Shown here: piece by piece, positions 1 to 8,882 of the stretch
Numbering within the stretch: the first letter of the stretch is position 1
Layout of the letters: every line of letters starts with the position of its first letter
Made by a program: the position numbers and the translations under genes
Virus record (IMG/VR): IMGVR_UViG_3300009136_000001
Span: 1 to 64,000 of that record
Origin: a virus
Length of the DNA: 64,000 nt
Strand: one strand, 5' to 3'
The notes under the pieces: model-generated
What the model was told of the DNA's origin: nothing
The model's database searches: none
Seen by the model: only the letters and a program-made list of their open reading frames with translations

Positions 1-59
1 ATATTATACATTTATATATATTCCCTATACTGTCTTTAAACCCCTAATAATATAATAAC

Positions 60-134
60 CAAGTGGAGCTTTACGAGTGAAGTACGAGGAGCACGGAGTG
101 CGACGAAGTACGGTAACGAGTAAAGGGACACTTG
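60..134 (+). promoter_or_regulatory. Long imperfect ssDNA hairpin with tandem G.A mismatches and a C-GGA-G triloop, in an AT-rich probable genome-end region
   Basis: caagtg(60-65)/cacttg(129-134), ctttac(69-74)/gtaaag(120-125), gtac/gtac, gcac-GGA-gtgc(91-101), with GA/GA internal loops between the helices. Confidence 0.55.
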
Positions 135-194
135 TATAATAAATAATAGTCAGATATAAGAGGAACCTCAACCCAAACCCAATAAGAGTATCTG

Positions 195-884
195 ATGCAA
201 GTCACGAAAGACCTCCTCGTACAAAATATACCAAAAAAATTGAAGAGTGGAATTACGGATCAGTTTGTCGATACCGTGAACGATATGATTGAAGATCCCC
301 TGTTGAGGGAGGACTTCAAGGAAAACCTGATTAGCTATACTACGGTACTGGCTGATGGGCAGTTTACCCTGGAACAGTATTTGGATGCTGTGCATTACGT
401 GACTCATCGGATGATGGGAAGTGGAATCATGCAGGCTTACTCGAAGACGTTTCCTGAGCGGTACCAGAAGCTGGTGGATCGAGGGGCTTCGAATAAAGAC
501 ATCTCCAGTTTTTCCACCGCATATAATAAAAATAAGCTGGTGAATCTGATTGTCGAGCAATCGATGATCCCAACTCATATTCTGAATGTGGATACTCATC
601 AGCGGGCGATCAATAAGCTGGCTGAGATTATGGCGAATGAGGATGTGAGTTTCCGGGTGCAGGTGGATGCTGCTACCAGTTTGCTGACGCATCTGAAGTC
701 ACCGGAGGTGAGCAAGGTTCAGGTGGATGTGACGGTCAAGGATGATTCGATTAACGAGTTGAAACAGGTTACACTGGAGTTAGCCCAGCAGCAAAAGAAG
801 CTGTTGGAGTCAGGAGCAATGAATACCAAGGAAATGGCTGAGAGTTCAATAATTAAAACCATACCCGCAGAAGAGGTAGCATGA
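195..884 (+). CDS. N4 gp69-like protein (putative terminase small subunit)
   Basis: 229 aa just upstream of terL; N4-like sequence pattern (YLDAVHYVT, AYSKTFPERY, LLTHLKSPE). Confidence 0.75.
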   Translation: MQVTKDLLVQNIPKKLKSGITDQFVDTVNDMIEDPLLREDFKENLISYTTVLADGQFTLEQYLDAVHYVTHRMMGSGIMQAYSKTFPERYQKLVDRGASNKDISSFSTAYNKNKLVNLIVEQSMIPTHILNVDTHQRAINKLAEIMANEDVSFRVQVDAATSLLTHLKSPEVSKVQVDVTVKDDSINELKQVTLELAQQQKKLLESGAMNTKEMAESSIIKTIPAEEVA

Positions 885-1111
885 GTAATATCGATAGCGA
901 GACCCGCACAGCACAACTGATTTTGAAAGGAACCCTTCACGAGATGGATCTGTCTAACCAGATTCTGGTTGAAGATACGCTAATAGCGCTACGCGACCTG
1001 GCAACCAAATTTCCGGATAGCATTGAATTCGCTACCACCCTGTTCATGATGGAACTGTCAGTGGTGGAGGATGCGATAGCTCCGCCTGATGGGGTTGAGA
1101 TACATGGATGA
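881..1111 (+). CDS. Hypothetical protein
   Basis: 76 aa; ATGA overlap with the upstream gene; GAGG RBS. Confidence 0.6.
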   Translation: MSNIDSETRTAQLILKGTLHEMDLSNQILVEDTLIALRDLATKFPDSIEFATTLFMMELSVVEDAIAPPDGVEIHG

Positions 1112-1331
1112 TTATGAGGATGGGTTCGACTCCGAAGGAGTCATTGAATTCATTGAAGCCATGTTCCCAAAGATCGATCACTTCAAATGTGACTCGATCG
1201 ATGATGAGGGTTTCTGTGGGCATGTTATGGCTTCGGCGTATCCCCCGGAGGAACGGAGCTGTCTGCTGGCGAGGGATCTTGCCAAGACTTGTAAACATCG
1301 TCGCATATCCGAGATAAATCTCAATGCCTGA
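1104..1331 (+). CDS. Hypothetical Cys-containing protein (start re-called at MDDYED)
   Basis: Fills the gap before terL and overlaps both neighbours; four Cys. Confidence 0.5.
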   Translation: MDDYEDGFDSEGVIEFIEAMFPKIDHFKCDSIDDEGFCGHVMASAYPPEERSCLLARDLAKTCKHRRISEINLNA

Positions 1332-2904
1332 AAAGCGTAAAGTCGAAGAGTGGTTGAACGATGTAGACTACCTCAAAGACATCCACTACATGCCAACCCA
1401 GTTTGGTCTGAAGTTTATCAACTTCATCAAACTGGTGAATGGTGAAGAGGGAGAGGAAAATGTGTCCCCGGTATTACATTACCGGATGTTGGATCAGGTC
1501 TCCGGTCAGCGACAGGATATTGTCAACATGGTTTATCGTGGGGCGGCGAAGACCACCCTGCTTGCGGAATATCTGTTTCTGTACATAGCGGTCTACGGTG
1601 AGATCGATGGATTCGGCGAGGTACCCCTCGCCTTGTACGTGTCGGACAGCATCGACAACGGTGTCAAGAACATGCGTAAGAACCTTGAGTATCGCTGGGA
1701 AAACAGCGAATTCTTGCAGAAATATCTGCCTGAGACTCGGTTCACAGACGTACGTTGGGAATTTACAAACAGCTCAGGTGGAAACCTGGTTGTCAAGGGC
1801 TACGGTGCCAAGACAGGTGTTCGTGGTACGAAAGAAAAAGGTCAGCGTCCTGTGTTGGCTGTGCTCGATGACTTGGTTTCGGATGACGATGCAAGATCTG
1901 AGACAGTAATCGCTGCCATTGAGGACACGGTTTACAAGGCAATCGACTACGCTCTGCATCCGAAGCGGAAAAAGACCATCTGGTCAGGAACTCCGTTCAA
2001 CTCCAGAGATCCGCTGTACAAGGCTGTAGAGTCAGGTGCATGGTATGTGAACGTCTACCCGGTATGTAACGAGTTCCCGTGCGCCAAGGAAGATTTCGTT
2101 GGATCCTGGGGTGATCGATTCACCTACGAGTACGTTCTGGGTCAATATCTGAAGGCGAAAAGACAGGGCAAGCTACATACGTTTAACCAGGAAATGATGC
2201 TCCGCATCATGTCGGACGAAGAGAGACTCGTCCCCGATCACAAAATTTTATGGTACAGTCGGAAGGAGCTGCTGAGGAATCGCGGCAAGTATAATTTCTA
2301 TATCACCACTGACTTCGCTACCAGCGAGGACGATGCTTCGGATTACAGCGTCATCTCGGTCTGGGCTGTCAACCATCAGGATCATTGGTTCTGGGTTGAC
2401 GGGATTTGCAAGCGACAGCTGATGACCCAGAATATCGACGATCTGTTTCGTTTGGTTCAGAAGTACAATCCTCAGGAAGTCGGGGTAGAGATCTCCGGGC
2501 AACAGAAGGGCTTCATCTCTTGGATCCAAAAAGAAATGATGACGCGGAACAACCACTTCACTCTGGCTCGGGAAGAGAACGCAAGGGATCCAGGACTGAA
2601 ACCAAACACGAACAAGGTTGTCAGATTCCAGATCGTAGTTCCTTGGTTCCATCTGGAACGGATGCACTTCCCTGAGGAATTGGAGGAGAGCGAGGAAATG
2701 ATCGAGTGCATGGACGAGCTTCGGTTGGCTTCGGCTGGTGGGTTGAAAGCCAAGCAAGATGATTTCCTCGACACGATATCTCAGCTGGGAAGCCTGAATT
2801 ATTGGCTCCCATCCGAGGAAATCCCGTTCAGCGACGAGGATATGGACATGGATCCAGATTTCTATCCAGAATATCAGTCCACTGGCAGTTCATATGTTGT
2901 ATAA
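1324..2904 (+). CDS. terL: Terminase large subunit (N4 gp68-like)
   Basis: Walker A RGAAKTT, Walker B LAVLDD, motif III SGTP, RNase H-like nuclease TTDFA and QDDFLD. Confidence 0.95.
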   Translation: MPEKRKVEEWLNDVDYLKDIHYMPTQFGLKFINFIKLVNGEEGEENVSPVLHYRMLDQVSGQRQDIVNMVYRGAAKTTLLAEYLFLYIAVYGEIDGFGEVPLALYVSDSIDNGVKNMRKNLEYRWENSEFLQKYLPETRFTDVRWEFTNSSGGNLVVKGYGAKTGVRGTKEKGQRPVLAVLDDLVSDDDARSETVIAAIEDTVYKAIDYALHPKRKKTIWSGTPFNSRDPLYKAVESGAWYVNVYPVCNEFPCAKEDFVGSWGDRFTYEYVLGQYLKAKRQGKLHTFNQEMMLRIMSDEERLVPDHKILWYSRKELLRNRGKYNFYITTDFATSEDDASDYSVISVWAVNHQDHWFWVDGICKRQLMTQNIDDLFRLVQKYNPQEVGVEISGQQKGFISWIQKEMMTRNNHFTLAREENARDPGLKPNTNKVVRFQIVVPWFHLERMHFPEELEESEEMIECMDELRLASAGGLKAKQDDFLDTISQLGSLNYWLPSEEIPFSDEDMDMDPDFYPEYQSTGSSYVV

Positions 2905-2949
2905 TCTACGCATTCAGATATATTGACGGTTCATAACAGGTAAAATTCC

Positions 2950-3576
2950 ATGCTCGTATCCGACGTAATCCAATTCGCCATAGCCGGAGAGATCCAGCAG
3001 CTCAAAGTTGCTGAGGTCGGTACCGAAGATGCTGACGCAAAAGCGAATATCGTAACACTGATCTCCTACATCAACCAGGGGATCATCGCATTGTACAAAA
3101 AATTCGGTCTCGCTCACCAATCGCGGACACTCGATGCGGTAATCGACGGGGCAACGTACGTCATGCCTTCGGATTACCTGTACATGATCTACGCCATGGA
3201 CAATGAAGACCTGGAAATCCCGATCAATGACGAATTCTCCGACTATTCAATTTTTGAGCCTGCACCATTTTCGGTCTTCGTCGTAAAAGACGACGACAAG
3301 TACGACACCAGTACCGATATCTACATCACCTACGTAGCGGTACCCCCGTTACTGACGGCAACGACTGATACTGTGCCGCTTACCTACCAATTTCTGGAAG
3401 CTCTGCTGATGTACGTTTCATATAAGGCGCATTCGCCCACAGATTCCAGTTCACCCGACCCACAAAACAACCATTACGTGAAATATCTGGGAGCTGTGCG
3501 TGAAATCAAGAATGACGGGCTGCTGACAGCTGATAACCAATCCAATTACAAGCATGATGCGCGTGGATTTGGTTAA
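2950..3576 (+). CDS. N4 gp67-like head-tail adaptor / virion protein
   Basis: 208 aa directly after terL; YINQGIIALYKKF and FLEALLMYV motifs. Confidence 0.7.
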   Translation: MLVSDVIQFAIAGEIQQLKVAEVGTEDADAKANIVTLISYINQGIIALYKKFGLAHQSRTLDAVIDGATYVMPSDYLYMIYAMDNEDLEIPINDEFSDYSIFEPAPFSVFVVKDDDKYDTSTDIYITYVAVPPLLTATTDTVPLTYQFLEALLMYVSYKAHSPTDSSSPDPQNNHYVKYLGAVREIKNDGLLTADNQSNYKHDARGFG

Positions 3577-5096
3577 TGGCGCACAATGACGGGAAATTAA
3601 GCCCGCAACTCGGGGGTGGGGGTGATGCTCAGTCATTAATCCCTGATCCTGATCCGTATATCGCGGATAATCTGGATGTTGAGACAGATGGTTCGGAAAT
3701 TGGCGCGATTCTGGTCAAAGAAGCAGATGGTATTTGGCGACCGAACAATATCCTGAACCAAGGACTTGAACGGCAGATATTAGTCCAACAATCTGACACC
3801 CCACTGGATTTTGCGTGGGAGACATTATTTGATAACAGGATTCTTCCCATGGCTCAAGTCTGCGTTGACTATAAATACACCAAGGTTAACGAAACCACAG
3901 TACGTTGGGACGATATCGATCTGACCTTCACATTCCCTGTAGGTCGAACAGTCTCGATCCAAGAAGGCACGACTTATTCGATCGGGGAAGTCCAAACATC
4001 AGTATACGCCGCAGGTGATACCACCATCACATTGACCATGAGTCAGAACACTATTCCTGCAGTGATGGATGTGACCTGTGCAATGGGTAGCACGGATTCC
4101 TGGCAGACAGTCACCGATTCCGATCCAACTGCTGGTGCGAATCTGACAGCTATCGCTGTAAACAAAAATCTCGGGGTCACCACTTGGCTGATTGGTACAG
4201 CTCAGGGCGACATCTACCGATCGATCGATTCCGGGAACACCTGGACACGATTTGAAACATTCATCACAGGCGGGATCTCTGCAATCCATTGGCATGAGTA
4301 CTACCAAGCTTGGTACATTGGATCCACAGGCGGAGATATCCGGTATTCACTTAGCGATGGGCAGACCTGGCTGGCAACAGTTAATAATCCAGGGGATACT
4401 GAAGCAGTTGCTATCACTTCGATTGAAGGTGGGCAGTCAGGAAGCTTGAACGCAGGCAACTACGTTTACTTTGCGATGCCTGGTTCTATTACTCCGACCT
4501 ATCGTATGCAATGGCATACAACTGTGGATTTCTCCGATGCAGTTGGCTGGTATACCACCATCATGTACCCACACAAGATGTATTACAATCCACTGTCTGC
4601 AGATATTGAAATGCTCCACCGATCAAACAGTGCCACCTACAGAGACACATTGGGTCGGATCTACAACAGCATTTCTTGGCAGCAAACAGATACGACTTTC
4701 CTCATACCGAACACTTCGTCTGGGCATCTTGGTCTGATGATGGGTGTCCATGGACGACTGTTTATTGGCAACGACGGTATCGGAAATTACTTCTTGCATC
4801 AAACGGATGATACAGCTGGAGGCGTAAGTACTGCCATGAACAACCCGGTTGATTACCTATTCAATGGGGCAGTACCGAATGACATGGCTTTTAGCAACGT
4901 GGTTCGGGTAGCAGTAATCGTCGGCAACAACGGACAGATATCATACAGCCCGGATTACGGAGTTACATGGTACAACGTCCCGAATGCTTTCGGCACAGAG
5001 AACATCAATGCTATCGCTCGAAGCGAGGACGACGGAAAATTTATTGCAGTGGGTAATGGTGGAATCATTGCACAGTCACTGACCGGGTTGTTCTAA
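3576..5096 (+). CDS. Virion/tail appendage protein with BNR (Asp-box) beta-propeller
   Basis: Asp-boxes SIDSGNTW, SLSDGQTW, SPDYGVTW; TAATG coupling. Confidence 0.7.
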   Translation: MAHNDGKLSPQLGGGGDAQSLIPDPDPYIADNLDVETDGSEIGAILVKEADGIWRPNNILNQGLERQILVQQSDTPLDFAWETLFDNRILPMAQVCVDYKYTKVNETTVRWDDIDLTFTFPVGRTVSIQEGTTYSIGEVQTSVYAAGDTTITLTMSQNTIPAVMDVTCAMGSTDSWQTVTDSDPTAGANLTAIAVNKNLGVTTWLIGTAQGDIYRSIDSGNTWTRFETFITGGISAIHWHEYYQAWYIGSTGGDIRYSLSDGQTWLATVNNPGDTEAVAITSIEGGQSGSLNAGNYVYFAMPGSITPTYRMQWHTTVDFSDAVGWYTTIMYPHKMYYNPLSADIEMLHRSNSATYRDTLGRIYNSISWQQTDTTFLIPNTSSGHLGLMMGVHGRLFIGNDGIGNYFLHQTDDTAGGVSTAMNNPVDYLFNGAVPNDMAFSNVVRVAVIVGNNGQISYSPDYGVTWYNVPNAFGTENINAIARSEDDGKFIAVGNGGIIAQSLTGLF

Positions 5097-7033
5097 TGTC
5101 CCGGAATAATCTACGCTACCAAGATTTGGGGATGGGGCCGGATACCGCTATTGTCGGTACCAATGAGCCTTACCTCGAATTCATCTCCCAAGGCGAAGCT
5201 ACATCGGTCAACGATCTGCCGACTGTCGTCGGCATCTCTGTTGACCAAGATTTCCTTATCGTCTACATCCCCGGAACTGGGCATCGAAAGATACTGATTG
5301 AGGATGTTGGCGAGTTCTTCCCGACAGGGGGAACCACTGGGCAGATTCTGATCAAGGACAGCAATGCTGACTACGATGTCAGCTGGCAAGCGATTCCCTC
5401 AGGTGGCATAGTCGATGCTGGAGATCAAGTCACTCTAAATGGTGATGTAGCTGGATTCGGCTTATTCGATGCCAACGGTGATGTTACCGTAACAGCCTCA
5501 CTCACGCTACCCAATGTGACCCTAATTGATGGCGGCACAGCCTTCAGTTCATTTGATCCAGAGATTACTGGCCCCTATGGAGTTCTGGGATTACACCCGG
5601 CAGGTGGCGTAGCTGGACAGACGCTCGGCAAGATTACCGCTACAGATCAGGATGTCGGCTGGGTTGACCGGGCAGAGTGGATAGTCTGTGGGTATGAAGC
5701 AGGTGCCGCGTCACTCACTACAAATTTGAAGACCTTGGAATTTACTGGCCCAGGAGTGCAGCTCTCTTCACCCTCGGCAGGGCATATCGTGGTTGAGATT
5801 GATAATTACCCGATTGTTGATGGAACTGAGTTCTGTCCGGGGTATCCATTCACATATGTCAGCACGACTGCATGGCGTGTTGAAAACATTGACCGATCTG
5901 CTTTGTTCTCGGTAGGAAAGCGACTACGTTTTGTCGACGGTGCTCAGGAGTATTTCGGGGTAATCGCATCAGTGATATTCACCGCTGGAAATACTGACAT
6001 CACAATGACTATGGAAAATGGTCAAGTGCTCACGAATACTATCCAGGATGTCTGTATTACTCGGGGCATCAACGGCTGGCAGTTGATCAACAAGACTCCA
6101 ATCGGCCCATACCAAATGAAGGCGATTGCCGTAGGTAAGATTGGTACTACAGTTTGGTGGGTTATCGTTGGACAGAAAGGTGAGGCAGCCGTATCCAGTG
6201 ACAAAGGACAGAACTGGACAATTGTCGATATCCCGACTTCTGATAATCTAACTGCGGTATGTTACACCCCTGTAGACGAGATGTTCTTCGCGTGCAGTGA
6301 CGGTGACTCGCAAATATTTCAGACTACTGACGCCCTCAACTGGGGTGGTGGATACAATGCGGATCTCGCAACTGCTGCTACAATTAATAATGGTGGGCAG
6401 TGTTATGAAATAATGTGGTCGGAAATCGATGATCGGCTATACGTTTTATGGAATGGTGATAGTTCCTCTGGAGATGAATTCCACCAATTTTGCTGGTCAG
6501 CGGATCTTGGGGTTACTTGGCAGGTCGCCTATTCACTCACTACCCGTGATGCTACCTATGCTGATCTCCAATTATCAAACGATGGAAATTATGAAGTCAC
6601 TACCTATCTCGATACCCTGCGGGATTGGGGTACCCAAGGAATCTACACGATCCCGAACGACGGAAAATGTACTAACATTCTTCTTCTGCCCAGTAATCGA
6701 GGATGGTGCGCTTTTGATGATCTCGGACAGAATATGTTTACTTCTGTCATCAATGGGCAAACTGGTTGGGGCTTAGCGACTGATAGTGTTCTCTTCTCAG
6801 GCCAGCGAGTATACCAAGCAGTTCAATCAATCTTGTTGGATCCTCTGATTGTAGTCACTGGGCCGAACGGTAAGATTGCTGTTTCTACTGATGACGGAGA
6901 TACCTTCACCGAAGTGAGTACAGGATTTAGCGTGACCGAAGATGTTATTGGTTTGGAATACAGCGAAGACGATGGGCAATTCATTGCCATCTCTGCAAAT
7001 GAAATAGCAGTATCAGTAAGTGGTACCAACTAA
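5096..7033 (+). CDS. Virion/tail appendage protein with BNR beta-propeller (paralog of 3576-5096)
   Basis: Asp-boxes SSDKGQNW, SADLGVTW, STDDGDTF; fibre-like GGTTGQILIK..DYDVSW repeats. Confidence 0.7.
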   Translation: MSRNNLRYQDLGMGPDTAIVGTNEPYLEFISQGEATSVNDLPTVVGISVDQDFLIVYIPGTGHRKILIEDVGEFFPTGGTTGQILIKDSNADYDVSWQAIPSGGIVDAGDQVTLNGDVAGFGLFDANGDVTVTASLTLPNVTLIDGGTAFSSFDPEITGPYGVLGLHPAGGVAGQTLGKITATDQDVGWVDRAEWIVCGYEAGAASLTTNLKTLEFTGPGVQLSSPSAGHIVVEIDNYPIVDGTEFCPGYPFTYVSTTAWRVENIDRSALFSVGKRLRFVDGAQEYFGVIASVIFTAGNTDITMTMENGQVLTNTIQDVCITRGINGWQLINKTPIGPYQMKAIAVGKIGTTVWWVIVGQKGEAAVSSDKGQNWTIVDIPTSDNLTAVCYTPVDEMFFACSDGDSQIFQTTDALNWGGGYNADLATAATINNGGQCYEIMWSEIDDRLYVLWNGDSSSGDEFHQFCWSADLGVTWQVAYSLTTRDATYADLQLSNDGNYEVTTYLDTLRDWGTQGIYTIPNDGKCTNILLLPSNRGWCAFDDLGQNMFTSVINGQTGWGLATDSVLFSGQRVYQAVQSILLDPLIVVTGPNGKIAVSTDDGDTFTEVSTGFSVTEDVIGLEYSEDDGQFIAISANEIAVSVSGTN

Positions 7034-7395
7034 TGGCTGAAGTACGGATCAAGATTAGGAATGACCTCGCCTCGCAATGGGTTCTGGCGAACCCAGTGCT
7101 CAGCCGAGGTGAACCCGGATTTGAGCATGATACAGGGAAATTAAAGGTCGGAGATGGTGTTACTTCGTGGATAAGTCTGCCATACTGGATCGATGAACTT
7201 ACAACAGTCAGTGTTTCGTCTATTGTCTACGTACAGTCATCTCCTCCTTCCAGCCCAGCTGATGGGTGGTTATGGCTTAATAACACAACTGGTGAGTTAT
7301 CTATTTACACGCTTGGTGCCTGGGAGAATATGGTCAGCAAGCAAGAATTAGCATCTGATACAGGTGCACTCGATATCAACGCAGGATACTTTTAA
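7033..7395 (+). CDS. Short tail-fibre connector with Mtd/hyaluronidase-type N-terminal domain
   Basis: NPVLSRGEPGFEHDTGKLKVGDGVTSWISLPY followed by PPSSPADGWLW. Confidence 0.7.
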   Translation: MAEVRIKIRNDLASQWVLANPVLSRGEPGFEHDTGKLKVGDGVTSWISLPYWIDELTTVSVSSIVYVQSSPPSSPADGWLWLNNTTGELSIYTLGAWENMVSKQELASDTGALDINAGYF

Positions 7396-8873
7396 TGGCT
7401 AATGAAATTCGGATCAAGAGATCCACCTCCACCAATACTCCGTCTTCGCTGTCACAAGGCGAACTTGCTTACAGTGAGTCGGCATCTCCAAATGGTATTG
7501 GTGAACTGTTCATCGGGATATCTGGAGCGTCACTCGAAAAGATCGGTGGTGCTTCTGCAGTCTACGATGAAGACTTCTCTGCAAACGGTTTCCTTCGCCG
7601 GACAGCGGCTGGTGTCTATACGACTGACACGGCAATCAATCTTGCCTCCCAAGTTACAGGGGATCTCCCGGTCGGGAATCTGGACAGCGGAACATCAGCT
7701 TCATCTGCTACATTCTGGCGAGGTGACGGTACCTGGGCAACCCCTGCAGGATCAGGTGACGTAAGCTTCAATGCTGGCACAGCTCCAGCTGACAATGCGC
7801 TGGTTCGCTTCGATGGCGTATCCGGTACAGTCATCCAGGAATCTGCAATCATAATTGACGATTCCGAGAATGTCTCGGGCATGGGTACACTTGCTGTAGG
7901 TGTGATCACTCAGTCTGGAGCAACCCTTGATGCAACTTACGCAGCTCTCGCGCATGAGCATGATGCGTTTGATCGACCTACCAGTGTTGAATCTGGTGCT
8001 ACCGTATTCAGTAATATCATAGTTTTGAATGGTATCACCACAGGCATAGCAACCCGAGAACTGACAGCAGCCGACATATCGGCTCTGCCGATTGGAGGCG
8101 GAACTCTGACAGGTTTCTTGACCTTGGATGCTGACCCTACTGCAGCACTTCATGCAGCTACCAAACAATATGTCGACAACGTAGCCTCAGGACTTTCAAG
8201 CAAAGTTGCTGTTCGCGTTGCCACAGCCGCAACTCTGCCTGCGTACACTCAAGCTGGAGCCGGAGCAGGTGCAACCCTTACTGCTGACTCAGTTGGTGTT
8301 GTCACTGTTGACGGCGAAGATCTGACAGCTGCGAATAGCTTCGCGGTTGGTGATCGTGTTCTGGTACAGCACGGTACAGCTGCTGATCAAGGTATATACG
8401 AAATCACTACCCTGTCAGCTGCAGGCGCAGCGCTGGTACTGACACGTACTGCCGACGCAGACGAAACCAGTGAGTTAGAATCTGCTCACGTATTCGTAAA
8501 CGAAGGTACTGCGAATGCTGATACCAGCTGGACACAGACTGCTACTGTAACGACTGTTGATACAACCTCACAAGTCTGGGTACAGTTCTCATCTGCGGGC
8601 ATCCACACTGCATCGTCTATCGGTGCCACTTACCACATCTGGAAGCAGACCACAGGTAACGACGAAGAATTTCGTGGACTCCTGAATGCGACTAACGGTG
8701 GTATGGCACTCTCACTGGGTACCAATGATATATCCCTGGCGATAGCTATCGATAATCTAACTGATGTCAATGCTGCCACTGATGGCACAGCTGATTATGT
8801 TGGTTTCTATGATGCAGGAGTTGGCACTCGAAAAACCCTCATCAATAACTTATTGGATGGTGGCTCTTTTTAG
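7395..8873 (+). CDS. Tail fibre protein
   Basis: N-term IRIKRS..GELAY; TFWRGDGTW and DPTAALHAATKQYVD fibre motifs; Ala/Thr/Gly rich. Confidence 0.75.
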   Translation: MANEIRIKRSTSTNTPSSLSQGELAYSESASPNGIGELFIGISGASLEKIGGASAVYDEDFSANGFLRRTAAGVYTTDTAINLASQVTGDLPVGNLDSGTSASSATFWRGDGTWATPAGSGDVSFNAGTAPADNALVRFDGVSGTVIQESAIIIDDSENVSGMGTLAVGVITQSGATLDATYAALAHEHDAFDRPTSVESGATVFSNIIVLNGITTGIATRELTAADISALPIGGGTLTGFLTLDADPTAALHAATKQYVDNVASGLSSKVAVRVATAATLPAYTQAGAGAGATLTADSVGVVTVDGEDLTAANSFAVGDRVLVQHGTAADQGIYEITTLSAAGAALVLTRTADADETSELESAHVFVNEGTANADTSWTQTATVTTVDTTSQVWVQFSSAGIHTASSIGATYHIWKQTTGNDEEFRGLLNATNGGMALSLGTNDISLAIAIDNLTDVNAATDGTADYVGFYDAGVGTRKTLINNLLDGGSF

Positions 8874-8882
8874 GAGAATCTC

